Part shown: positions 1-9,058 of the stretch, in pieces | Layout of the letters: the number at the start of each line of letters is the position of its first letter | Numbering within the stretch: position 1 is the stretch's first letter | The notes under the pieces: generated by a model | Told to the model about the DNA's origin: nothing | Database searches by the model: none | What the model saw: only the letters and a program-made list of their open reading frames with translations | Position numbers and translations under genes: made by a program | Origin: a plasmid | Length of the DNA: 64,000 bases | Sequence record: NZ_CP022071.1 | Direction: 5' to 3' (one strand)

Positions 1-797
1 GGCGGAGCTATCAATGCCTGAGAGGCCTGAGAAATCAATTTCAGTATACTGGATTTCTGTTCGTCGTCTGGTCGCTCGTAGTCACTCAAAATTGCATCAT
101 GCTGATCTGAGACAGACTGAATGAGCCCTTCAGACGTTAAACCCTTTTCACTGAGTTTTTCATTAACCTCTAACAGAATTTTATAGTCACTAAACGACAG
201 CTCAGACTGAACCGGGAACAGAGAAATCAATTCTTGCGGTACTGCTGCCGCCTGCAGTGCCCTGGTGACCTTAGCCTGGGATAACCCCTCCAGTTCAGCA
301 ATTTCCTTTTGATTGAATCCAGACTCTTTCAGAGCCATCAATCTTAAGCCGATCTCCCGAAGGTTATGCTCTTTAGCTGTCTGGATATCTTTAGCCAGAT
401 GGCGAGCTTCATCAGCTGATAAAAGTTCATTGGTAACCATTACATCAAGGCCTGTACGGATATAAATCGCTGAGGCTCGCCGTCTTGAACCATCCAGTAT
501 CTCAATCCTTTCACCTTGCTGAATGCCAATACAGGGGAAGAACTGCTGAAACTTAATCGTCTGGATAATAGATTTCAGGGACTCCCTGGTCAGAGCAAGT
601 TGATCTCTTCCGTTGGTTTCCTGGTTTACGAATGTCTTACTTTCAACGTCCGATGCAGGTACCTGAACAAACCTGAACGTTATCTTCCTGCCGGTTTTTA
701 GGGTAAATACCTGACTTCTTTGGGTGTCAGTCATCTCAACCATTGACGCCTGGGTATTTAACTGTCTGCCAATAGTTTTTCTTCTCTCATTCGACAT
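1..797 (-). CDS. parB: ParB partition (centromere-binding) protein, P1 type; C-terminal part lies beyond the window start
   Basis: Minus-strand frame is open from the ATG at 795-797 (ATGA overlap with the parA stop) down to base 1. Translation MSNERRKTIGRQLNT...ILDGSRRRAS...GLSQAKVTRALQ resembles P1 ParB. Absent from the ORF track because it runs off the window. Confidence 0.8.
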   Translation of the reverse strand, partial: MSNERRKTIGRQLNTQASMVEMTDTQRSQVFTLKTGRKITFRFVQVPASDVESKTFVNQETNGRDQLALTRESLKSIIQTIKFQQFFPCIGIQQGERIEILDGSRRRASAIYIRTGLDVMVTNELLSADEARHLAKDIQTAKEHNLREIGLRLMALKESGFNQKEIAELEGLSQAKVTRALQAAAVPQELISLFPVQSELSFSDYKILLEVNEKLSEKGLTSEGLIQSVSDQHDAILSDYERPDDEQKSSILKLISQASQALIAP

Positions 798-2002
798 CAC
801 ATACCTCCATTAGTACGAATGAACTCAATGCGATCAAATACGGCCTTCGCAAAGTCTTCCGCTGCTGATTTTGCGCTTTTAAGCGCCTCGGTGCTTCCAT
901 CATAGGTTGCTGGATTTGCGGAAATAACTGTGTCAAAAGTCTCCCCGCATCGCTCGAAGCCATCCAGCCTCGGCAGAACCATGTCGAGCATATCGGCACC
1001 GAATACTTCTTTGGCCTGACTATGGCAAATTTTGTGATCAGACTTGTTCAGGATTTTGGACATAAAACCTACATTCCCGATGAGATTGCAGGTGTGTCCA
1101 TCCTGTTCGATCGAATCAATAAGCGCAGGAAGGCTGGCTACAAACTTCAGGGAAGAATGAAAATCAACCGTTGCCGGAGGAAGTGGAGTCAACATCAGGT
1201 CTGCCGCTCCGATGCAGTTTTTCAGGAACGCATCGAGGTGAGGACCACTATCAAGGAAGATAAAGTCGTAGTCATACCGGAGCTTGTCGATAATGTTCTC
1301 TTTAAGCACTGCATGAATATTTTGCCCTGGCAGATGTTCCTCACACAATCCCTTCCAGCCTTCAGCAAGGAATGCATCGTCAATGGAAGCGGGAATAACA
1401 TCAACGCCCGGGATAATTGACGACACGATGAAATCGGAAAGTAATTCTTCACGAGACACGTTCTGGAGCATGGCCTGAGCAGCCGTATTTTCAACCAGGC
1501 CCACTGAATTCTCATGGCTCAGGAACATTGTCAGAGATGCCTGCGGATCGAAATCGATGGCCAGGATACGCAGGTCTTCGAACAGAAGCTGAGGATGAGC
1601 CCGAAATGCATGGGATAATGAAGCGGTAGAAACTGTCTTGGAACCGCCACCTTTAAGGTTACATACAAATATAGTGAAAGCTTTATCGAAGCGATCTCTG
1701 TACTTGGGCACTTTACGATGGAAATACAGATCGATAACGTTCTGAATCGTCATCGCGTACTTCATGGTATTGCCAGAAGGTTTCTTTTTAAAAATGTAGC
1801 CACTGGCTTCCATTTCGGCCACAGCATACTCAACACTCCCTTTGCTGAGCTTAGGCAGCTTATATAGGGCGGCTTTGCTGTATTCCTGATAGAACTCGGT
1901 AAGCTTCAATTCCTCTTTTTGCTGGCGGATACTTTCGCTCAAGGATGTCAGAAGTTTACCTGCACGTGTGGCGACTTTCCGTAACTGCTCAATATTTTCC
2001 AT
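797..2002 (-). CDS. parA: ParA partition ATPase (P1 ParA / SopA family)
   Basis: 401-aa ORF with a deviant Walker A motif (NLKGGGSKT) and N-terminal HTH extension typical of type Ia ParA. Sits directly upstream of parB. Confidence 0.9.
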   Translation of the reverse strand: MENIEQLRKVATRAGKLLTSLSESIRQQKEELKLTEFYQEYSKAALYKLPKLSKGSVEYAVAEMEASGYIFKKKPSGNTMKYAMTIQNVIDLYFHRKVPKYRDRFDKAFTIFVCNLKGGGSKTVSTASLSHAFRAHPQLLFEDLRILAIDFDPQASLTMFLSHENSVGLVENTAAQAMLQNVSREELLSDFIVSSIIPGVDVIPASIDDAFLAEGWKGLCEEHLPGQNIHAVLKENIIDKLRYDYDFIFLDSGPHLDAFLKNCIGAADLMLTPLPPATVDFHSSLKFVASLPALIDSIEQDGHTCNLIGNVGFMSKILNKSDHKICHSQAKEVFGADMLDMVLPRLDGFERCGETFDTVISANPATYDGSTEALKSAKSAAEDFAKAVFDRIEFIRTNGGM

Positions 2003-2416
2003 TTATCACCTCATGATGTTTTTTGTCATTTTGAACAAAAAGAATCATGTTGCAAGAAATAAATCATAATATTTTGATTTTGCTCTCACAGGAGGCACCG
2101 AAGATTAAATGGAGAAGAGGGCACTACATCCACAATCATTTTGTTAACCCACAGCGCAAACCGTGAGTCTGTTCAGAGCTTGCATCTGAGCAGGCGAAGG
2201 GTTGGACAAGCCCAAGGGGCGCGTCAGCCAGGCACATTAGGGTATAGTTCAGCAGTACCAGTTTCTGCCAGGACATGGATATCTCCGGGCAAGCAAGCTG
2301 ATGATTAAAAAAGAAAGAGGGGACTGCCCCTGAAGGAATTGCAATTCCGTTCCTCGCAATGTCAACATTTTTTGCCTGTGATACTATGACCGGGTCATTT
2401 TTCAGAGCATGGACTG

Positions 2417-3358
2417 ATGAAAAAGAAAAACACTACGCCGACTCCCCACGACGCGACATTCCGGCAGTTTCTGACACAACCTGACATTGCCCGGGATTTT
2501 ATGGAGCTGCATCTGCCGGCAGAGCTGCGTGCCATCTGCGATCTCAGTACACTGAAACTGGAATCCGGCTCGTTTGTTGAGGATGATCTCCGCCAGTATT
2601 TCAGCGACGTCCTCTACAGCCTGAAAACCACAGCCGGCGACGGATATATTCATGTCCTGGTTGAACACCAGTCAACACCTGACAAACATATGGCTTTCCG
2701 CCTGATACGCTATGCGGTGGCCGCCATGCAGCGCCACCTGGAGGCAGGGCATAAAAAACTGCCACTGGTGATACCAGTGTTGTTCTATACGGGGAAACGC
2801 AGCCCGTATCCATACTCCACCCGCTGGCTGGACGAATTTGACGATACGGCTCTGGCAGACAAACTCTACAGCAGTGCTTTCCCGCTGGTAGACGTTACGG
2901 TCATTCCGGATGATGAAATCGCCGGCCACCGTAGCATGGCCGCCCTGACTTTATTGCAGAAACATATTCATCAGCGGGACCTGGCAGAATTGGTTGACCG
3001 GCTGGCGCCCATTTTGCTGGCCGGATATCTGTCTTCATCGCAGGTAATATCGCTGGTACACTATATAGTGCAGGCAGGCGAAACATCGGACGCCGAAGCC
3101 TTTGTACGCGAACTGGCACAGCGTGTGCCGCAACACGGAGACGCACTTATGACCATCGCACAACAGCTCGAACAGAAGGGCATCGAGAAGGGGATTCAGC
3201 TCGGTGAACAACGTGGTATCGAAAAAGGCCGTTCAGAAGGGGAGCGCGAAGCGACTCTGAAAATAGCCCGTACCATGCTCCAGAACTGCATTGACCGCAA
3301 TACCGTCATGAAAATGACCGGTCTGACTGAAGACGACCTAGCGCAGATCCGCCACTAA
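2417..3358 (+). CDS. Rpn family recombination-promoting nuclease (YhgA-like, PD-(D/E)XK transposase_31)
   Basis: 313-aa ORF; N-terminal ...HDATFRQFL...DFMELHLP... and overall layout match E. coli RpnA-E/YhgA-like proteins from memory. Confidence 0.65.
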   Translation: MKKKNTTPTPHDATFRQFLTQPDIARDFMELHLPAELRAICDLSTLKLESGSFVEDDLRQYFSDVLYSLKTTAGDGYIHVLVEHQSTPDKHMAFRLIRYAVAAMQRHLEAGHKKLPLVIPVLFYTGKRSPYPYSTRWLDEFDDTALADKLYSSAFPLVDVTVIPDDEIAGHRSMAALTLLQKHIHQRDLAELVDRLAPILLAGYLSSSQVISLVHYIVQAGETSDAEAFVRELAQRVPQHGDALMTIAQQLEQKGIEKGIQLGEQRGIEKGRSEGEREATLKIARTMLQNCIDRNTVMKMTGLTEDDLAQIRH

Positions 3359-3389
3359 TCCCCCTTTTCTGGCACTCCCTGCCCGGCCA

Positions 3390-3956
3390 TCAGCGAATAC
3401 TGGTGGGGCAGGGAGGCATCAGGCTCTGCCAGCCACAGCGATCAAACAGCTTCATTACCCCCGCTACGTTCCCTGTCAAACGTGCTGTCAGCGAATTTAT
3501 CTGTCGGCCGCTGTCGTTAAAACCGACATCGAGTTTGGCCCGTGAGAGATAAATGCCGTTCACGCCTGCACTGAGCGCCACAGCATTCCGGCCGGACCAT
3601 TCCCGATCGCTCAGCAGACGGTAGTTCCAGTGCATATCTTTCGCTGTTTCCAGAGCATACGTCAGCCGGAACAGGTCGTTCTGCTCGGACAACTCACCGG
3701 TGCATGAACGCCAGAGGTAATTCAGCTTGCTGGCCAGCTTGGCGCTGACGCCCATCTGACGTCCCTGTTTCAAAAGCCACTCGATATCGGGCGTCACATC
3801 ACGAGAAAAACGCCGTTGCTTCAGCGCAGTCGCCAGCCAGCGGGTGAGAAAGAGGTTTTCCTGTGCCGGCGAGAGAACGCCACCATCCTGCCTGGCCAGC
3901 GCAAGCGCCACCAGGGCACACCACGCCAGATGACCTGATTTTTCTGTCAATGTCAC
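3390..3956 (-). CDS. hypothetical protein
   Basis: 188-aa ORF with ordinary coding composition; no family recognised. Confidence 0.4.
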   Translation of the reverse strand: MTLTEKSGHLAWCALVALALARQDGGVLSPAQENLFLTRWLATALKQRRFSRDVTPDIEWLLKQGRQMGVSAKLASKLNYLWRSCTGELSEQNDLFRLTYALETAKDMHWNYRLLSDREWSGRNAVALSAGVNGIYLSRAKLDVGFNDSGRQINSLTARLTGNVAGVMKLFDRCGWQSLMPPCPTSIR

Positions 3957-4012
3957 GGCTTCTCCCGCAAGTCAGAAAAATGATGTAATTCATCAGGCAT
4001 AATCAGCACACG

Positions 4013-4429
4013 TCAGCCCGTCTTACGGAGAAACATTCGCCGCATCTCACGCGTCAGCTGCTTCTTCTCCCATCCGTAAGGGAAAATAATGCTGTAGTCC
4101 CTCCTCTCAGGGAGGATATCAGGGCCCGCGACGATTCGCGCCACCTCCTTATTCAGGCGTTCTCCTCGCCAGCCATAAGCCGCCAGTCGCTTACGGATAC
4201 GTGCAACGGGAAAACGTTTATCGGAGTGACGGGGGAAGAGTAACGTCCCGTCCTCATTTCGTTTGACACCAAACATATCCAGAGACTGTTCGATCACCAC
4301 TGTTCGAACGGGGAAATGCTCACGCATAGTTTTCAACATATTCTCCATTTCAGACTCCTGAATTAATCCCTGCAACTGTCTGACCAGCCAGAGAGCAGCG
4401 TTATGCTGGCTCACTCCCTGCGTCATCAT
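4013..4429 (-). CDS. hypothetical protein, possibly the 3' remnant of the adjacent disrupted exonuclease gene
   Basis: 138-aa ORF in the same frame as ORF 4532..5050 but separated from it by stop codons. Confidence 0.3.
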   Translation of the reverse strand: MMTQGVSQHNAALWLVRQLQGLIQESEMENMLKTMREHFPVRTVVIEQSLDMFGVKRNEDGTLLFPRHSDKRFPVARIRKRLAAYGWRGERLNKEVARIVAGPDILPERRDYSIIFPYGWEKKQLTREMRRMFLRKTG

Positions 4430-5050
4430 TCATTTCACACTGGAGTTCATGCCAGTATCCGGCAATATTGTTTACCACCTGTGCTGTCATAACGGCGTCA
4501 GTGACGGCGGAATGAGCCACCCCGATCCAGCTCAGGCCAGCCTGACTGACAGCACCGGAAAGCGATATGGTTCCGTAACGATTTGTACTGCAGCTGCTGC
4601 CGGATCGATGCCGACTGTGGGTTTCAGGCGGGTCTCAAATATCCTCTCACCGCGGGCATTCACCAGACCGATTTCCAGCGCCTGCGCGCCGGCATCAAGT
4701 CCGGTCGTTTCGGTATCGAGGAAGACGGGGCCCAGTGCTAACCAGGTATGTGCCAGCATGGCGAACCTGCCACGCTCACTCTTCATCCGGGCCTGCAGGC
4801 CCAGACGTGTGCTGGCCAGCCGCTGTTTTTCTGTCTGAGGGCGTTTCGCCCGCATCGGGACGCAGTCAGCCAGCCGCCATACGCCGTATTTCCCGCCGTA
4901 AGGACTTTTGTACATTCTGACCGGTTCCGCACCAGGGGCTGGCTTCATCCTGAACTCATCCCGAAGCCGCCCTTTGGTGTAGCATTTATCCTCCGCCCGG
5001 GGCGCTTCATCACAGGCGTCTGAATTGTCATCATCACGCATTCTGGCCAC
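4401..5050 (-). pseudogene. DEDD (DnaQ-like) 3'-5' exonuclease domain gene with ~110-aa N-terminal extension, disrupted by frameshift(s)
   Basis: ORF 4532..5050 contains the Exo I motif VFLDTETTGLD. Hand translation of another minus frame (about 4512-4480) gives the Exo II motif GVAHSAVTDAVM, then a stop at 4401-4403. No Exo III motif was found. Confidence 0.5.
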
Positions 5051-6149
5051 CGGTCTGTTTATTGCCTGAAAGCGCCGCCATCAGTGACTGGTTCTGACGC
5101 TTCAGGGCTTCAGCCTCACCACGCAGTGCCGCGACCGTTTCTTTCTCCCCCATCGTCTCCAGACGGGCATCATCACGCTGGTTTTCCAGCTGTGTGCAAC
5201 GCTCTGTCAGACTGGCTATTTCACTGCCCATACGCACCAGTTGCTCCGAGGAGGCCTTTTCCTGCGATTCCAGCCTTGCGGTGAGGCTGCTGACTCTGTC
5301 ACGTTCAAGTGCAATCTCACCGGCGCGCGCCTGCGTGTCAGCGATGGCCTGCTCGAGGCGTTGCTGCAGCGTTTCGCGGGTGGCCAGATGCTGCTGACGT
5401 TCTGAGGCCAGCGCATTTTCCTGCGATTCAAGGCGGGTAAGGAGAGTATTGACTTTATCGCGTTCAGACTTCAGTTCTTCTGTACGCGCATTAGCTTCGG
5501 CAGAAATTTGCTCCAGTCGTTTCTGCAGGTCTTCCCGCGTGTTTTTGTGCTGTGCCTGCTCCGCATTAAGCGCATCCTGCAGCACTGTCTTCTGCTCCTG
5601 ATACCGTTCCTCTCGCTGACGGGTATTCTCTTCAGCGGCCGCAAGACGCTCTTTCAGCTGGGCCATCTCCACATCATGCTGCTGACGCAGTGAACGTTCT
5701 GACTCCAGCGCCAGCGTCAAACTGTCATATCTGTCCTGCAGTTCATCCAGTTTTTCTTCCAGGTCGTCGACTGTCTGCGCGGCGTCGGCCAGCTCCCGCT
5801 CTGCCTGTGCGGTCTGTTCACCGGCAGCACGCGTGACTTCCGCAACCCGGCGTTCTGCAGCCCGGACCGCCTTGTCATTCAGTTCTGTCGCCAGCTGGGT
5901 GATGCGTTCGGACAGCGCGGCGGAGACGGCCTTCACTTCTTCAGCCACTTCCACTGGCAGCTCGGCAACGGGTTCAGTGACGACCGTGCTCTGTGAAGCC
6001 TGGTATTCGTCCCATATCTGGCGGAGACGTGTCGGATTGCCGCCACCCACCTGGTTACGTAGTGCGAACCCGGTGATATTCCGTCCTTCAGCCTGCAGGG
6101 CCAGCCCTGCTTCAATAATCTGTTCTGGTTCGTATGTCGCCGGACGCAT
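5034..6149 (-). CDS. tlpA: TlpA-like coiled-coil DNA-binding autoregulator (KfrA N-terminal domain plus long heptad-repeat region)
   Basis: 371 aa; N-terminus MRPATYEPEQIIEAGLALQAEG...NPTRLRQIWDEYQ is KfrA_N-like, followed by ~300 aa rich in E/R/Q/L/A. Length and layout match pSLT TlpA as I remember it. Confidence 0.8.
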   Translation of the reverse strand: MRPATYEPEQIIEAGLALQAEGRNITGFALRNQVGGGNPTRLRQIWDEYQASQSTVVTEPVAELPVEVAEEVKAVSAALSERITQLATELNDKAVRAAERRVAEVTRAAGEQTAQAERELADAAQTVDDLEEKLDELQDRYDSLTLALESERSLRQQHDVEMAQLKERLAAAEENTRQREERYQEQKTVLQDALNAEQAQHKNTREDLQKRLEQISAEANARTEELKSERDKVNTLLTRLESQENALASERQQHLATRETLQQRLEQAIADTQARAGEIALERDRVSSLTARLESQEKASSEQLVRMGSEIASLTERCTQLENQRDDARLETMGEKETVAALRGEAEALKRQNQSLMAALSGNKQTGGQNA

Positions 6150-6179
6150 CTGTCAGTCTCCGCATAAAGGGGTATGCTT

Positions 6180-6235
6180 ATATTATACACAAACAAACCA
6201 ACAAATAAACTAACTAACAAACAAATTAAAGACGT
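6180..6235. repeat. A/C-rich low-complexity tract (ACAAA/CAAAC units) immediately upstream of the tlpA start
   Basis: cacaaacaaaccaacaaataaactaactaacaaacaaa read directly from the sequence. Confidence 0.5.
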
Positions 6236-6362
6236 GACAGGGTAGCGAAAAAGGGCACCAGGACAGCGCACCGCCGGTCGAATTGCTGGCACAGCATGTC
6301 CGGAGCCCGGGCGGGATGCACCACAGGTACGATGCACGCCACTCTCCTTGCCAGGTACTGGT

Positions 6363-6396
6363 GTTAATGCTAATGTACGCATACGTTAGCATTAAC
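6363..6396. promoter_or_regulatory. 32-34 bp near-palindrome GTTAATGCTAA-N12-TTAGCATTAAC, candidate operator (copy 1)
   Basis: Perfect 11-bp inverted arms around a 12-bp spacer, ~215 bp upstream of tlpA. An inverted twin lies at 6903-6936. Confidence 0.4.
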
Positions 6397-6407
6397 CAGA
6401 GACAGAC

Positions 6408-6896
6408 ATGCCGCAGGATGAATCAGTCGTCAAACGGGCCAGGGAATACTTTTTCCGCCACCACCGGTATACAGAGGAAGACCTGGAATCCGACTACCAG
6501 GCAGAACTGTGTAACTACAGGGATGACACCTGGGAAGCACCACAACGGGCAGCCAGACTCAGTGCGGCCGTCAAGCGCTACAAAACGTATGAGATGCTGT
6601 ACTTCTTCTTCCAGATCGCTGATGAGGCCGGGCTGGACTATACTCCGCTGGTTGTAAAGCGCCTGTGCGCTCATCTTTTCGACAGGCAGGGCAGCCAGAA
6701 TATTATTGTTGATATCTTTGGCCAGAAGGGACGCATGCACCGCAGCCATGACAGTGATCCTGACATTATTGCTGCCGTTGCCGAACGCTACCGGCAGCAG
6801 GCAGAGGACCACTGGCAGACAGTTCTGAAGAATATCGGGAGAGTGAAGCAGGACTACCAGAAAAATCAGAACAGACAGAAAGGCGCAGGGGATTAA
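6408..6896 (+). CDS. hypothetical protein (162 aa) bracketed by the two 32-bp palindromes
   Basis: ORF with ordinary codon usage. The ATG lies 12 bp after palindrome 1 and the stop 7 bp before palindrome 2. Confidence 0.45.
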   Translation: MPQDESVVKRAREYFFRHHRYTEEDLESDYQAELCNYRDDTWEAPQRAARLSAAVKRYKTYEMLYFFFQIADEAGLDYTPLVVKRLCAHLFDRQGSQNIIVDIFGQKGRMHRSHDSDPDIIAAVAERYRQQAEDHWQTVLKNIGRVKQDYQKNQNRQKGAGD

Positions 6897-6902
6897 ATGC
6901 AT

Positions 6903-6936
6903 GATTAATGCTAATGTATGCGTACATTAGCATTAA
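6903..6936. promoter_or_regulatory. 32-bp near-palindrome TTAATGCTAATGTATGCGTACATTAGCATTAA (copy 2)
   Basis: Equals the reverse complement of copy 1 with one mismatch; flanking sequence is unrelated. Confidence 0.4.
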
Positions 6937-7220
6937 TCACATAAGTCAGTGAAAATAAATCAGGCTTATTCAACGTTGCGAAGGTTCTTTGGCCAGTTGC
7001 TGGAGCTACTTCCCGAAATCAGGAAAGCCTGCGGCTGAAAGTACATCAGCAACAGCACTGGCTCTGGGATGGCCACGTTCAAGCCAGACCAGACTGAGAG
7101 CCACACCTGATTTCTCCGTATCATAACTGTGACGCGACAACCGGAATTACCAAACGGACACTCAAAGAATGAGATGAACGCTCCAGACTTATGAAGTTCG
7201 GAACACACAGAGTTCCTAGT

Positions 7221-7441
7221 TGTAGCGGCTCGCAATCGAAATCCCCCCGACTCGCAATCAGCGCAAATTTCGGCTCACATTAACTGCAAATGAAAAATGC
7301 CACCGGCTCACATTAAGTGACAATGGGCTCGCATTTATCCTGCCCGGCTCGCAATCCATTCCACCGGGCTCACAATAACTGCAAGTCAACTTCGTCATAT
7401 CGGCAAACCGACTGCCAGCATTCTATTTTCCAGTTCGACTG
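7221..7441. repeat. Left terminal inverted repeat of the transposon with multiple 19-22 bp subrepeats
   Basis: Aligned against the reverse complement of 11621-11838; near-identical over ~170 bp and ~85% over the inner 50 bp. Confidence 0.7.
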
Positions 7442-7550
7442 GTCTCAGATATTTATTCATACTGGTTAAAAATTGTCGTTTTGGTTTGATTAACGTTTAC
7501 CTACGTATAATCGCAGCAATTGGAGTTAACTCAGTAAATAGGAGCAAATA

Positions 7551-8291
7551 ATGGAACAAAACCAACCAGCACAACCTTCACGACGTGCAATACTGAAACA
7601 AACTCTTGCAGTATCTGCTTTGTCTGTCACCGGGCTGGCGGCCTTATCGGTACCAACTATCTCTTTCGCCGCATCACTGAGCAAAGAGGAACGTGACGGT
7701 ATGACTCCAGATGCAGTCATTGAACATTTTAAACAGGGTAACCTGCGCTTCCGGGAAAATCGCCCGGCTAAACATGATTACCTGGCACAGAAGCGCAACA
7801 GTATTGCGGGTCAGTATCCTGCTGCGGTGATCCTTAGCTGCATTGACTCACGTGCGCCGGCGGAAATTGTGCTGGATGCGGGGATCGGTGAGACGTTTAA
7901 TTCCCGCGTAGCGGGTAATATCAGTAATCGCGATATGCTGGGCAGCATGGAGTTTGCCTGTGCAGTTGCCGGCGCGAAAGTAGTGCTGGTTATAGGACAC
8001 ACCCGCTGTGGCGCAGTACGCTGTGCTATTGATAATGCTGAACTGGGTAACCTGACGGGGCTGCTGGATGAAATTAAACCCGCGATTGCAAAAACGGAGT
8101 ATAGCGGTGAGCGTAAAGGTAGCAATTATGATTTTGTCGATGCGGTGGCACGAAAAAATGTCGAGCTGACTATCGAAAACATCCGCAAAAACAGCCCGGT
8201 GCTGAAACAACTGGAAGATGAGAAGAAAATTAAAATCGTTGGCAGTATGTATCACCTTACTGGCGGTAAGGTTGAGTTTTTCGAAGTATAA
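7551..8291 (+). CDS. mig-5: beta-class carbonic anhydrase with Tat-type signal peptide
   Basis: 246 aa; twin-arginine SRRAILK at the N-terminus; beta-CA motifs CIDSR and HTRCGA. The mig-5 name (pSLT macrophage-induced gene) is from memory and not verified. Confidence 0.85.
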   Translation: MEQNQPAQPSRRAILKQTLAVSALSVTGLAALSVPTISFAASLSKEERDGMTPDAVIEHFKQGNLRFRENRPAKHDYLAQKRNSIAGQYPAAVILSCIDSRAPAEIVLDAGIGETFNSRVAGNISNRDMLGSMEFACAVAGAKVVLVIGHTRCGAVRCAIDNAELGNLTGLLDEIKPAIAKTEYSGERKGSNYDFVDAVARKNVELTIENIRKNSPVLKQLEDEKKIKIVGSMYHLTGGKVEFFEV

Positions 8292-8403
8292 CTGAAGCAG
8301 TCCGAGTCCGAATACAGTCAGCCTCGCATTACATTAAGAGCTCATTAAATTTTCTCTGGAATGAAAATGTATTTTTTGAGTACACCCAAAACGCACAGTC
8401 TGG

Positions 8404-8424
8404 TGAGACAGTTTTTCTGTCTCA
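8404..8424. promoter_or_regulatory. candidate res subsite (TGAGACAG-N5-CTGTCTCA), with a related half-site near 8477-8488
   Basis: Perfect 8-bp inverted repeat ~75 bp upstream of the resolvase start; typical serine-resolvase binding-site architecture. Confidence 0.4.
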
Positions 8425-8497
8425 TTTGGGTTGTTTTTATCCCATTCCGGTGTTACGTTTTCATCATCTAGAGTTAAACGAGACAGTTTTCACCATT

Positions 8498-9058
8498 ATG
8501 GCACTTTACGGCTATGCCCGCGTTTCAACCAGCGATCAGGATCTTACTCTGCAGACACAAATTCTCCGCGCTGCTGGTTGTGAAATTATTCGTGCAGAAA
8601 AAGCCAGCGGAAGCGGCCGGACCGGAAGGAGCGAGTTGCAGCTGCTGCTGGAGTTCCTGCGCCCTGGTGATACGTTGATGGTGACACGCGTGGATCGCCT
8701 GGCCCGCAGCATTAAGGACCTGCAGGACATTGTGTATGCCCTGAATCAACAGGGCGTAACGCTCAGGGCAACAGAACAGCCAGTGGACACGCGTTCAGCT
8801 GCAGGCAAAGCCTTCCTCGATATGCTGGGTGTTTTCGCTGAGTTTGAAACCAATCTGAGACGTGAACGCCAGATGGAAGGCATTGCCGCGGCGAAAGCCA
8901 GGGGCGTATACCGGGGAAGGAAACCGTCCATAGATCCTGCTGTGGTATATCGTCTGTATACCATTGAGAAGATGGGAGCCACAGCCATCGCCCGCCAGCT
9001 CGGGATTGGGAGGGCGTCAGTCTACCGGGCGCTGGAAAATTATGAGCAGCCGGCGTAG
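8498..9058 (+). CDS. rlgA: serine recombinase / resolvase
   Basis: The ORF-track entry starts at 8426; the likely true start is MALYGYARVSTSDQ at 8498 (catalytic Ser motif). A C-terminal HTH follows. The rlgA name (resolvase-like gene next to mig-5 on pSLT) is from memory. Confidence 0.8.
   Translation: MALYGYARVSTSDQDLTLQTQILRAAGCEIIRAEKASGSGRTGRSELQLLLEFLRPGDTLMVTRVDRLARSIKDLQDIVYALNQQGVTLRATEQPVDTRSAAGKAFLDMLGVFAEFETNLRRERQMEGIAAAKARGVYRGRKPSIDPAVVYRLYTIEKMGATAIARQLGIGRASVYRALENYEQPA

Noticed and set aside
4449-5023. Plus-strand ORFs 4449..4838, 4735..4920 and 4748..5023
   Set aside because: Antisense to the exonuclease-like gene, which has a clear Exo I motif.
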